Assembly (NCBI GenBank): GCA_964291625.2
Contig: OZ220089.1
Span: forward strand, 4,288,001 to 4,352,000
DNA: 64,000 nucleotides
Source: Candidatus Latescibacterota bacterium
Lineage (GTDB): Bacteria; Latescibacterota; UBA2968; UBA8231
Direction of reading: 5' to 3'
Positions 8,154-17,845 of the stretch are shown here, one piece after another; position 1 is the stretch's first letter, and every line of letters starts with the position of its first letter. The position numbers and the translations under genes are program-made. Below the pieces are notes generated by a model that saw nothing but the letters and a program-made list of their open reading frames with translations, ran no database searches and was not told the DNA's origin.

Positions 8154-10448
8154 ATGACCATCAGCGCAGAGAAGCAGGCCGCTCCGGCCGGCGACCCCAC
8201 GACCATCTCCCTGAGCATCGGCGGCATGACCTGCGCCGCCTGCGTCGGCCACGTCGAGGCAGCGCTGCGCGGCGTCGAGGGAGTGGAATCCGCGGCCGTG
8301 AACCTGGCCACCGAGCGGGCCACCGTCCGCTGCAGGACGGACCTGGCCGGCATCGAGGACCTGAGATCCGCCGTCGAGGACGAGGGGTACTCCGTGCTGG
8401 AGGTGGGTACGGGCGCGGACGCTTCGGGGCACCGGGGAGAGGCCGCCGGGATTCGCGGAGAGATGGCTCTCAGCCTCGCGGTTGCGGCGGTCGTCATGCT
8501 GCTGCCCAAGGTGCCGTCCCTGCTCGCCGTCCTGCCCGTCCGCCTCGACATCCTGCTGCTCCTCCTCGCGACGCCCGTGCAGTTCTGGGCCGGCAGAGGG
8601 TTCTACGCCGGGGCGTGGAAGGCCCTCCGCCGAGGCACGAGCAACATGAACACGCTCATCGCGGTCGGTACGACCGTGGCCTACGCGTACAGCGCCGCGG
8701 TCACCCTCTTCCCCCATGCTTCGGCGTTCGCCCACTACGAAGCGGCGACCTTCTTCGAGACCTCGACCGCGATCATCGGGCTCGTGCTTCTCGGCCGCTA
8801 CCTGGAAGCTCGGGCCAAGGGCCGGGCCTCCGAAGCGATCAAGGCCCTCCTGACCCTGCGCCCGGAGCGGGCCACGGTCATTCGCGGCGGCAGGGAAGTG
8901 GAGGTCCCGATCGAGGATGTCGGGGTCGGCGAGCAGGTCCGGGTTCTCCCCGGGGAGCGCATCCCGGTGGACGGCAAAGTGGCGGCCGGCGAGTCCTGGG
9001 TCGACGAGTCCCTGCTGACGGGCGAGAGCATGCCGGTGCGGAAGGGGGAGCAGGACGAGGTGTACGGAGCGACGATCAACACCACGGGGAGTCTGACCCT
9101 CGAAGCAGTGGGCGTCGGCGCCGACACCCTGTTGGCGCGCATCGTCCGGCTGGTGGAGGAAGCACAAGGATCGAGGGCGCCCGTGCAGAGACTGGCGGAT
9201 GTCGTATCGAGCTGGTTCGTGCCCGCCGTCATCGCCGTGGCAGCGGTCGTCTTCCTCCTCTGGCTGTCCGTCGGGCCTTCGCCGTCCCATGTCTATGCGA
9301 TGGTGGCGGCCGTCGCCGTGCTGATCATCGCCTGCCCCTGTGCCATGGGCCTGGCCACGCCGACGGCGATCATGGTGGGCACGGGCCGGGCCGCGGAGTC
9401 GGGGGTGCTGATTCGCAGCGCCGAGGCCCTGGAGCGGGCCCATGAGACCGAGGTCGTGGTGCTGGACAAGACGGGCACGCTGACCACGGGCGTTCCGAAG
9501 GTGACGGACATCGTCGCGAGCGGCCTCACGGAGGACGAGCTCCTGACCCTGGCGGGCCGGCTCGAGCGCGCCTCCGAGCATCCCGTGGGGAGGGCGATCG
9601 TCGCGGCGGCGCAGGAGCGGGGTCTTCCCGTGGAAGCCCCGGTGCACACATCCAGGGCCGTGCCCGGGATGGGCATCGTGGGTGAAGTCGACGGCCGCCG
9701 CGTCGCCGTAGGAAGCCTCCGGCTCGGCGAGGAGGCCGGGTTCACCAGGAACAGCCTCGCGGAGACCGGCCAGGAGCTGGCACGCGCAGCGAAGACGGTC
9801 TCCTACGTGGCCGTCGACGGCGAGGTCATGGGCGTGATCGCCGTCGCCGATACGGTCAAGGAGGGGATCGAGGAGGCCCTGGACTCGCTGAGGGGTCAGG
9901 GCGTCGAGGTGCTCATGCTGACCGGAGACAGTCGGCGGACGGCCGAGGCGGTGGCCCGCTCTCTCGGCATGGAGAAGGTCATCGCCGAGGTGCTGCCGGC
10001 GGACAAGGCCGACCACGTTGCGGCCCTGCAACAGGACGGGACGGTGGTGGCCATGGTCGGAGACGGCATGAACGATGCGCCGGCCCTGGCGCGGGCGGAC
10101 GTGGGCATCGCCGTGGCCACGGGAACCGACATCGCCATGGAGGCGGCCGACATAACCCTCATCCACGGGGACATCATGGGCGTGGCCCGCGCGATCTCCG
10201 TCAGCAGGGAGACGATGAGAACCATCCGGCAGAACCTGTTCTGGGCGTTCGCCTACAACGTCGCGCTGATTCCCGTGGCGGCAGGGGTCCTGTATCCGGT
10301 GTTCGCCGCCCAGGGAGTGCCGGAGGCGCTTCGCCCGGTACTCGGGGAGTTCGGATTCCTCAACCCCATACTGGCGGCGGGAGCGATGGCCGTGAGCTCC
10401 GTCAGCGTGATCGCGAACTCACTGAGACTGAAGCGGATCAGGCTCTGA
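8154..10448 (+). CDS. copA: Cu(I)-translocating P1B-type ATPase
   Basis: GMTCAAC metal-binding domain, [28 protein letters not shown] and MAVSS motifs. Confidence 0.96.
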   Translation: MTISAEKQAAPAGDPTTISLSIGGMTCAACVGHVEAALRGVEGVESAAVNLATERATVRCRTDLAGIEDLRSAVEDEGYSVLEVGTGADASGHRGEAAGIRGEMALSLAVAAVVMLLPKVPSLLAVLPVRLDILLLLLATPVQFWAGRGFYAGAWKALRRGTSNMNTLIAVGTTVAYAYSAAVTLFPHASAFAHYEAATFFETSTAIIGLVLLGRYLEARAKGRASEAIKALLTLRPERATVIRGGREVEVPIEDVGVGEQVRVLPGERIPVDGKVAAGESWVDESLLTGESMPVRKGEQDEVYGATINTTGSLTLEAVGVGADTLLARIVRLVEEAQGSRAPVQRLADVVSSWFVPAVIAVAAVVFLLWLSVGPSPSHVYAMVAAVAVLIIACPCAMGLATPTAIMVGTGRAAESGVLIRSAEALERAHETEVVVLDKTGTLTTGVPKVTDIVASGLTEDELLTLAGRLERASEHPVGRAIVAAAQERGLPVEAPVHTSRAVPGMGIVGEVDGRRVAVGSLRLGEEAGFTRNSLAETGQELARAAKTVSYVAVDGEVMGVIAVADTVKEGIEEALDSLRGQGVEVLMLTGDSRRTAEAVARSLGMEKVIAEVLPADKADHVAALQQDGTVVAMVGDGMNDAPALARADVGIAVATGTDIAMEAADITLIHGDIMGVARAISVSRETMRTIRQNLFWAFAYNVALIPVAAGVLYPVFAAQGVPEALRPVLGEFGFLNPILAAGAMAVSSVSVIANSLRLKRIRL

Positions 10449-10451
10449 CCC

Positions 10452-12347
10452 ATGACCCGGATCGAAGCGAACGTCCCCTTTGTCGAGCCGCCCGAATGGG
10501 CCCTGCTCGAGCGCAGCCTCATGGACCTGATGGACGACGCCGTCGCCCCGGTGATGGAGCGCTACGTCCACGCCGACGGCTCGGTCATGTGGCCCACGCG
10601 GGAGGACTTCACCGGCATCGACGGTCTGGACGACGCCTACGAGAGCTTCCACAACTGGCCCCTCTTCTACCTGATGGGAGGAGGGGACCACCTGCTCGAT
10701 CACTCCCACCTCGCCTGGGAGGGGATCACCCGCCAGTTCAGCCGCTACGACACCGGCCACGGACACCCGATGGTGGTCAAGGAGTACGAGCAGGGGTACG
10801 ACTGGATGCACCAGGGGGAGGGGTACGCCTTCTTCTACAACCTTTGCCTCGCCGATCCGGGAAACGAGCGCAACGCCGAGAGGGCGAAACGTTACGCCGG
10901 GTTCTACCTCAACGAGGACCCGGAGGCGCTCAACTACGATCCGGAAAAGAGGCTCATCAAGTGCGCCCACAACGGATCGATGGGCCCGGCCTTCCGCAAC
11001 TTCGACAGGCACTACACCGTCTACCGCTATGACCAGTGGAAGCCCTGGCCCCTGCCCTTCCACGACCTGCCCGGCATCGACTCGGTCGAGGATCTCCGGA
11101 AGCCGGGCATGGAGGAGCTGATGGGGCGCACCCTCGTCGAGCGCATGGGCCGCGGCGACGTGGCCACCAACCTCGGCGCCACCACCCTCGTCACCAACAC
11201 GTACCTGTTCGGGGGCGAGGCGAAGTACCGCGACTGGGTGGTGGAGTACACGGAAAGCTGGATGGAGCGCACCCGACAGAACGGCGGCGTCATCCCCGAC
11301 AACGTCGGCCTCTCGGGGAAGGTCGGGGAGTACATCGACGGCAAGTGGTGGGGCGGCTACTACGGCTGGACCTGGCCCCACGGCTGGCACCTGATGGCCG
11401 ACGCGGTGACCGCCGCCGCCGAGAACGCGGCCCTCATGTGCCGCGACCCCGGGTACATGGAGTTCCCGCGCTCGCAGATCGACCTGCTCATGGAGCAGGG
11501 GGAGAGGCGCGGCTCCACCCTGTACGCGCCCCATCACTACCACGACAAGGGATGGGACGGGTACGCGCCCATGCACCCGGCGCCGATGACCCACATCTGG
11601 CAGATGACGATGGGCGGCGCCGACGCGGACCGGCTCGTGCAGCAGCGCAACCACGAGTCCGAGGACTGGCGGCGGGTCCGCTCCCACGGCTCCAAGCACG
11701 GCGCCGGCCACGAGGCCGCCTGGTTCGCCTGGCTGCGGGGGGAGTATCCCGGGTTCCCCCTCGACATCCTGCGCCACAACCACGCCCAGGTGCACCAGCG
11801 GCTGGCCTTCATGGGCGACGACCGCCAGGACCCGGCCACCTACGGCGACTGGTACCTCCAGGTGCGCAACCCCGTCACCGTGGAGGCGCTGCTGCAGCTG
11901 ACCATGGGAGGGCCGCTATACCTCTACAACGGCGGCCTGCAGATGGCGCGGCTGCGCTACTTCGATTGCCAGCGCCGCCGCCCCGGACTGCCGCGCGACG
12001 TCGCCGCTTTGGTGGAGGTCCTGGAGGACGATCGTGTGGTGGTGCAGCTGGTGAACCTGAGCGCCACCGAGCCGCGGGAGATGGTCGTGCAGGCCGGGGT
12101 CTTCGGGGAGCACCGCTTCACCAGTGCTTCCTGGCAGCAACGACGCCCTCTGAGCGCCGAGGAGGCCGCCGCCGGCCAGACGCACGAGGAGCAGTTCCGG
12201 GGGGTGGTCCAGGGGCAGCTGGAGGAGCGGAGGGAGGAGGTGAACGGACGGTGGTTCACGGTGGGGCTGGCGCCGGGGGCGGGGATCCGGCTGGATTTGG
12301 GGATGGAGCGGTTCGCCAACGGGCCGTCGTACTCGCTGCCTTGGTAG
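10452..12347 (+). CDS. Conserved hypothetical 631-aa protein, aromatic-rich (possible alpha/alpha-barrel lyase or hydrolase)
   Basis: Long ORF with host-like codon bias, rich in W/Y/H (DDAYESFHNW, YDWMHQGEG, WWGGYYGWTWPHGW). Confidence 0.75.
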   Translation: MTRIEANVPFVEPPEWALLERSLMDLMDDAVAPVMERYVHADGSVMWPTREDFTGIDGLDDAYESFHNWPLFYLMGGGDHLLDHSHLAWEGITRQFSRYDTGHGHPMVVKEYEQGYDWMHQGEGYAFFYNLCLADPGNERNAERAKRYAGFYLNEDPEALNYDPEKRLIKCAHNGSMGPAFRNFDRHYTVYRYDQWKPWPLPFHDLPGIDSVEDLRKPGMEELMGRTLVERMGRGDVATNLGATTLVTNTYLFGGEAKYRDWVVEYTESWMERTRQNGGVIPDNVGLSGKVGEYIDGKWWGGYYGWTWPHGWHLMADAVTAAAENAALMCRDPGYMEFPRSQIDLLMEQGERRGSTLYAPHHYHDKGWDGYAPMHPAPMTHIWQMTMGGADADRLVQQRNHESEDWRRVRSHGSKHGAGHEAAWFAWLRGEYPGFPLDILRHNHAQVHQRLAFMGDDRQDPATYGDWYLQVRNPVTVEALLQLTMGGPLYLYNGGLQMARLRYFDCQRRRPGLPRDVAALVEVLEDDRVVVQLVNLSATEPREMVVQAGVFGEHRFTSASWQQRRPLSAEEAAAGQTHEEQFRGVVQGQLEERREEVNGRWFTVGLAPGAGIRLDLGMERFANGPSYSLPW

Positions 12348-12670
12348 CGGTGATGGGGCGGAGGATCTCATGAAAGAGATACACTTGCTCAGATTGCTGA
12401 CTGGGCCGGAGTCGGGGACAAGAGAACTGCTCGAAACAAGAGTGCCGGGTATCCCCCTATCTCCAGTATGTCGCAACGGGACGTTGACGATACAGCGAAC
12501 GGCGGCCCTGGGATCGAGCTTGGCTGTAGATCTTTGCGAAGCTACGGTGGATCCGGTCCGGCCGTCTTGCTCGATCTCTACGTGGTGGGCCGCCTGCTTC
12601 GATTCTCGCGCAATTCTTCAGGGGGTAGGTGCCTGCCTCTCACTTTCCCCTTCCCATTGGCGGCAAAATC

Positions 12671-14674
12671 CTATTCCTCGCTGATCCCGTTCTCTTGGAG
12701 AAGGTCCACTACATCTCTTCTGCCCATTTCTTTGGCCAAACTCAAGGGTGTCTTGCCACTATTCGTCTGAGCGCTAATATCGGCCCCTCTATCCACAAGA
12801 AGGCGCACCACATCTATCTCCCTCCCCATGGTGGCTGCGTGTAAGGCCGTCTCGCCGTGCCCGTCTTGGATGTGGATGTCGGCCCCACTGTCCACCAGGA
12901 ACCGCACCGTCTCTACATCACCCCCAGTGGAGGACGAACCTGCGGCTATCATCAAGGGTGTCCGGCCGCGCTTCGTCTGAGCGTGGATATCAGCCCCCCG
13001 CTCTACCAGAAAACGAACGACCCCTACTCCCCGGGCCCAGTGCAAAGCCGTCTTTCCGTCGGTATCTTGGGCATTGACATCAGCTCCTTTGTCCACCAAG
13101 AAATGCGCCATTTCCACATAGCTCCGAGCAGCGGCTTGCATCAAGGGCGTCCTGCCGCTCTTCGTCTGAGCATGGATGTCGGCCCCTCGGTCCACGAAGA
13201 AACTCGCCATCTCCAAACGGTTCCACTCCACGGCCTTGATCAGGACTGAAAGACTCCGAGCCTGGGCATCCGCGCCGTTTTCCACCAAGAATCGCACCAT
13301 CTCCATATCACCCCGAGCGACAGCCCCCGTCAAGGCCGTCTCGCCGTGTCTGTCCAGGACGAGGACGTCGGCGCCATGGCCCACCAAGAGACGCACAATC
13401 CTTATATCGTCCGGGTCGGCGCCTTCCAATTTTTCCAACTCGGCGGCCAAGTGCAAGGCCGTCCTGCCGTGCCTGTCCTGGGCGTTGATATCGACCCCGC
13501 TATCCACCAGAAACCGTACGATCTCTACATCTCCATTCTGGGCAGCCAACATTAGAGCCGTCCCACGATTGGATCGGGCGTTGACATCAGCACCGTGGGT
13601 CACCAAGAAGCGTACCATCTCTGCATCATTCTCAGCAACAGCTCCCATCAAGACCGTCCAGCCGTCGTCTGCCTGGGCGGTGATGTCAGCGCCGTTGTCC
13701 ATCAGAAACTGCACCATTTTCAAATCGCCGCTCATAGCAGCCCAGTGCAAGGCCGTATTACCGTCCTTGGTTTGGGCCTGTCCACCGGCTTCTGCCACCC
13801 AGCGTCCCACCAGGAAACGCACCACCTCCAAATGCCCAACTCCTACCTCGGGAACTCCTGTGGCAGCCGAGTGCAGGGCCGTTCTGCCGGCGTCATCCTG
13901 GGCGTCTATGTCGGCTCCGTTATCCACCAAGAAGCGTACAGTTTCTAGAGAGCCCTCCGAGGCGGCCGACATCAGAGCGGTCAAGCCCCAATCAGTTTGG
14001 GCGTTGATGTCAGCGCCGTTGCCCACCAGGAAGCGCACTACTTCTACTTTATCATCATCGACCAGGAAACCGCCGGCAGCAGACATCAGGGCTGTAAGAC
14101 CGTCGTCAGTTCGAGTGTGGATATCGGCGCCGTTGTTTACCAGGAATTGCACTATCTCATAGCTTCGTCCGGCGGCCCGGTCCAATGCCGTACTTCCTCT
14201 ATCGTCTTGAGCGTTGATATCGGCACCAATTTCCACCAAGAAGCGCACTGTCTCTAAACGTGCAAATCTGGCACCGGACATCAAAGCCGTGTTGCCACGG
14301 TCATTTCGGGCGTTCTTGTTGGCACCGTTGTCCACTAGAAACTGCACAATCTCCAAATGGCCAGCCGCGGCGGCCGACATCAGGGCCGTCGTACCGTTTC
14401 CAGTTGGGGCGTGGATTGCCATTCCTGCATCCCTGAATAGCTGTACAGCGAACAGGTCCCCCTGCCTCACGCCGTCAAAGAAGGAAGACTGTGTAGTCTG
14501 AATCCCCCGCTCACTCAGCTCTCTGCGAGCCTGCTCAGGGGTTCGGGGGTGGTAGGAGTCGCCAGGTGGATCCGGCATGTACGCCTTACCTCCGCTGTCC
14601 TCACCAGCCACGGCACTCCCTAGCCACAGGCCGATTAGGCCGATCACACCTGCCCCACTCTCCCAGCTCTTCAT
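12671..14674 (-). CDS. Secreted ankyrin-repeat protein (about 18 repeats)
   Basis: Repeated GxTALxxAA...VRFLVxxGADIxAQ units; N-terminal signal-like segment; SD AAGGAGGAGG; visibly lower GC than the flanks. Confidence 0.95.
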   Translation of the reverse strand: MKSWESGAGVIGLIGLWLGSAVAGEDSGGKAYMPDPPGDSYHPRTPEQARRELSERGIQTTQSSFFDGVRQGDLFAVQLFRDAGMAIHAPTGNGTTALMSAAAAGHLEIVQFLVDNGANKNARNDRGNTALMSGARFARLETVRFLVEIGADINAQDDRGSTALDRAAGRSYEIVQFLVNNGADIHTRTDDGLTALMSAAGGFLVDDDKVEVVRFLVGNGADINAQTDWGLTALMSAASEGSLETVRFLVDNGADIDAQDDAGRTALHSAATGVPEVGVGHLEVVRFLVGRWVAEAGGQAQTKDGNTALHWAAMSGDLKMVQFLMDNGADITAQADDGWTVLMGAVAENDAEMVRFLVTHGADVNARSNRGTALMLAAQNGDVEIVRFLVDSGVDINAQDRHGRTALHLAAELEKLEGADPDDIRIVRLLVGHGADVLVLDRHGETALTGAVARGDMEMVRFLVENGADAQARSLSVLIKAVEWNRLEMASFFVDRGADIHAQTKSGRTPLMQAAARSYVEMAHFLVDKGADVNAQDTDGKTALHWARGVGVVRFLVERGADIHAQTKRGRTPLMIAAGSSSTGGDVETVRFLVDSGADIHIQDGHGETALHAATMGREIDVVRLLVDRGADISAQTNSGKTPLSLAKEMGRRDVVDLLQENGISEE

Positions 14675-14721
14675 ACCGCCTCCTCCTTAATCCATACTTC
14701 GATGAGCCGACCCCGCCTCCC

Positions 14722-15660
14722 CTACCCCAGCTCCGTCAGATCGAACGGGTTCGACCAGGCCTTCTCCCCCTCCGGCCCCATGACCTCGAAGCGCACCCAG
14801 CGGGCCTTGGGCCGCAGGGTGAAGACGGCCTCCTCGAAGGTGTCGCCGTGCTCGTGGTATTCCTTGCCGATCTGGTCGTGGACGGCGGTCACCCGGCGGG
14901 CCTCGGAGGAGCGCACCCGGGCCTCGACCTCGTCGCCGTCGGCGCGCAGCTCGATGCCGTGGATCGCCGGGCCGGTGGAGGCGTACGAGGCGCCGCTGGC
15001 CAGGGCCTGGAGCACGGCGGCCGGGGTGCGCTCCCGAACGCGGGCCATGGTCCATCCCAGGTAGGTGTCGTGGCGGGCCTCCTGGGCCTGGTGGGAGTCG
15101 TCGTTGCCGAGGCACGGATAGAGGCGGTTCTCCAGGGCCATCCAGTCGTCCCAGTGGGGACCGGACTCGCCGCGGCCGTGGCGTCGGCAGGTGCTGTTGA
15201 AGACCTCGATGCCGGCGAACCCGCTCAGGGGCAGGGTGTCGCGCAGGATGTTCACCGAGCTCCAGTAGGGATGGGCGAGCCAGACCTGGCCGCCCTGCTC
15301 GTTGCAGGTGTCGATCACGTGCTGGGGCGGCATAGCCCTCGCGTCCATGTCCTCGTGGATGTTCAGGCAGACGAAGTGGTGGGTCTGGCCGCCGAAGGGG
15401 TTGGCCGGGTGCAGCTCGGCCCCCTGGATGAGGATGAAGTCATCGGGCGCGTCGACCGAGTCGGTGCGGGTGATGTTGTTGTGGTCGGAGAGGCAGAGGA
15501 AGTCGTAGCCCTCCTCCACGTACCCGTCGAGGCGCTCCTGGGGCCCGACGCGGCCGTCGGAGTTGGTGGTGTGGCTGTGGAGGTTTCCCTTCACCCAGAT
15601 GTAGCCGTCGTCGTCGGACAGGGTGAAGGGGCTGACCAGCGGGCTCGGTGAGTCGACCAT
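14722..15660 (-). CDS. PHP-domain metallohydrolase (CehA/McbA-like)
   Basis: KGNLHSHTTNSDG, SDHN, AHPYWS, GIEVFN, DDSH; start taken at MVDSPS. Confidence 0.88.
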   Translation of the reverse strand: MVDSPSPLVSPFTLSDDDGYIWVKGNLHSHTTNSDGRVGPQERLDGYVEEGYDFLCLSDHNNITRTDSVDAPDDFILIQGAELHPANPFGGQTHHFVCLNIHEDMDARAMPPQHVIDTCNEQGGQVWLAHPYWSSVNILRDTLPLSGFAGIEVFNSTCRRHGRGESGPHWDDWMALENRLYPCLGNDDSHQAQEARHDTYLGWTMARVRERTPAAVLQALASGASYASTGPAIHGIELRADGDEVEARVRSSEARRVTAVHDQIGKEYHEHGDTFEEAVFTLRPKARWVRFEVMGPEGEKAWSNPFDLTELG

Positions 15661-15799
15661 CGGAATCTCTCCAGAGGTTGGGGCGTCGTGGATGGAGCAA
15701 AGGTCCTTGACGATAGCCCGCCCCCGGGGCCTGCTCAAACGGCCGGGGTCTCCTGTCCGCCGCAGATCGCCCGGCGTAGGTTCTCCGGCGAGCCAACCC

Positions 15800-16759
15800 G
15801 TGCCCGGACCCCTTCCCGACATCCTTCCTCTCGAGCCCCATCTGCGCCCCATGGTCTGGGGTGGCCGCCGCCTCGGCGAGCGCTTCGGCAAGGACCTGCC
15901 CCCGGACACTCCGGTGGGGGAGTCCTTCGAGGTCTCGGCCCTGCCCGGCGCCGAGTGCGTCGTGCGCTCGGGGCCGCTGTCCGGGCGGGGTCTCGGCGAT
16001 CTGGCGGAGGAGTTCGGGGAGGCCCTCGTGGGCCCACGGGTGCGCGAGCGCCACGGCGCCGGCTTCCCGCTGCTGATCAAGCTCATCGACGCCGGCGACG
16101 ACCTGTCGGTCCAGGTCCACCCCGGCGACGGGTACGCCCGGCGCAAGGGGCTGGGCCCCCGGGGCAAGACCGAGGCCTGGTACGTCCTGGCCCCCGGGGG
16201 GATCGCCCTCGGGCTGCGCGAGGGCGTCGACCGGTACCGCCTGGAGAAGGCCCTGGCCGACGGCTGTCCGGAGGAGGCCGTCCGCTATCGCCGGGTGCAG
16301 GCCGCCGACGTGGTCCTGCTGCCGGCCGGGACCGTCCACGCCCTCGGTGGCGGGACGATGGTCTACGAGGTGCAGCAGGCCAGCGACCTCACCTTCCGCC
16401 TCTACGACTACGGCCGCCCGGGGCTCGACGGCCGCCCCCGGGAGTTGCACCTGGAGCAGGCGATGGAGGTGATCGACTTCGAGGCGCCCGCCCCCGAGCC
16501 GCGGCCGGCGCCACCGCCCGGCCCGGAGGGCGAGGTCCTGGTGGACTCCTGCGCCTTCCGGCTGACCCTGTTCGGCGAGGGGGAGCGTCTCCTGGGCTCG
16601 GAGGTGTTCGCCGCCGTCACCGTCGTCGCCGGCGAGGCGCGTCTCGGCGACGTGCCCCTGGCGGCGGGAGACTCGGCCCTGGTGCCGGCGGACCACCGGG
16701 TCCCGCTACGGCCGGCGGGACCCTCTCTGCGGTGCCTGGTTGCGGAGCCGGCATGCTGA
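15800..16759 (+). CDS. manA: Type I mannose-6-phosphate isomerase
   Basis: VWGG, FPLLIKLIDA, LSVQVHP, GKTEAWY, GTVHA, YEVQQASDLTFRLYDY; start codon uncertain. Confidence 0.92.
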   Translation: MPGPLPDILPLEPHLRPMVWGGRRLGERFGKDLPPDTPVGESFEVSALPGAECVVRSGPLSGRGLGDLAEEFGEALVGPRVRERHGAGFPLLIKLIDAGDDLSVQVHPGDGYARRKGLGPRGKTEAWYVLAPGGIALGLREGVDRYRLEKALADGCPEEAVRYRRVQAADVVLLPAGTVHALGGGTMVYEVQQASDLTFRLYDYGRPGLDGRPRELHLEQAMEVIDFEAPAPEPRPAPPPGPEGEVLVDSCAFRLTLFGEGERLLGSEVFAAVTVVAGEARLGDVPLAAGDSALVPADHRVPLRPAGPSLRCLVAEPAC

Positions 16760-17835
16760 AGGTGGTCATCCGCGCCGGCGGGATCGGCACGCGCCTGTGG
16801 CCCCTCAGCCGCAAGGACCGGCCGAAGCAGTTCCAGGCCCTCGCCGGCCGGGGGACGATGCTGCAGGACACCCTCTCCCGCATCGCTCCCGTGGTCGGCC
16901 CGGAGGACGTCTGGGTCTCCACCGGCCCGGGGATGGCGGGGCTGGTGCGGGAGCAGCTGCCCGTCCTGCCCGAGGACCACCTGATCGTCGAGCCCGCCCT
17001 GCGCAACACGGGGCCGGCCGTGGCCCTGGAGTGCGCCCTGCTGGAGGCGCGCTGGCCGGGGTGCACGGTGGCCAGCCTCGGCTCCGACCACTACGTCGGC
17101 CGGCCGGACGACTTCCGGCGCCTGCTGGCGGCGGCGGCGCAGGCCGCCGAGGACCACCCGGAGTATCTCTACCTCCTCGGCGTGGGGCCCACGCGGCCGG
17201 AGACCGGGTTCGGGTACGTCGGCAAGGGGGAGGAGCTGTGCCGGGTGGGGCAGGAGACGGTCTGGCAGGTGACCGAGTTCACCGAGAAGCCCGACCTGGA
17301 GCGCGCCCGTGAGTACACGGAGAGCGGCCGCTACCTGTGGAACACCAACATGTTCGTGTGGAAGGCGCGCACCGTCCTCGACCTGTTCGCGCGCCACGCC
17401 CCGGAGATCTACGGGCGCCTGCTGCTGATCGGGGAGGCCGCCGCCTCGGTGGGCTGGCAGGCCGCGGTGGAGCGCGAGTACCCGGCCATGCCGTCGATCG
17501 CCGTGGACCACGCCATCATCGAGCCGGCGGCGCACGTGGCGGCCCTGGAGGGAGACCTGGGCTGGGGGGACGTGGGCAGCTGGGCGGCCCTGGCCGACGT
17601 GATCGAGGCCGACGAGGAGGGCAACCTGCTCAGCGGCCGGGTGGTCGCCGTCGACGGGCGCAACCTCATCGTCCGCGGGCCGGCGGAGAAGCTGATCGCC
17701 CTGGTGGGGGTGGAGGACCTCGTCGTCGTCGACACCGGGGACGCCCTGCTCGTCTGCCGGCGGGACCAGGCCCAGCGGGTACGGGAGATCGTCGACCGCC
17801 TCGGAGGCGACCCGGACCTGGAGCGCTACCTGTAG
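16753..17835 (+). CDS. manC: Mannose-1-phosphate guanylyltransferase
   Basis: AGGIGTRLWPLSRKDRPKQF, EPALRNTGPA, FTEKPD, WGDVGSW. Confidence 0.93.
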   Translation: MLKVVIRAGGIGTRLWPLSRKDRPKQFQALAGRGTMLQDTLSRIAPVVGPEDVWVSTGPGMAGLVREQLPVLPEDHLIVEPALRNTGPAVALECALLEARWPGCTVASLGSDHYVGRPDDFRRLLAAAAQAAEDHPEYLYLLGVGPTRPETGFGYVGKGEELCRVGQETVWQVTEFTEKPDLERAREYTESGRYLWNTNMFVWKARTVLDLFARHAPEIYGRLLLIGEAAASVGWQAAVEREYPAMPSIAVDHAIIEPAAHVAALEGDLGWGDVGSWAALADVIEADEEGNLLSGRVVAVDGRNLIVRGPAEKLIALVGVEDLVVVDTGDALLVCRRDQAQRVREIVDRLGGDPDLERYL

Positions 17836-17845
17836 GCCGAAGCGG

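Noticed and set aside
12348-12670. Short ORFs between the 631-aa gene and the ankyrin gene
   Set aside because: No motifs or coding-like bias; probably non-coding or decayed sequence.
12671-14674. Periodic DNA repeats as a CRISPR array
   Set aside because: About 99-nt degenerate coding periodicity of ankyrin repeats; no identical repeats with unique spacers and no cas genes.
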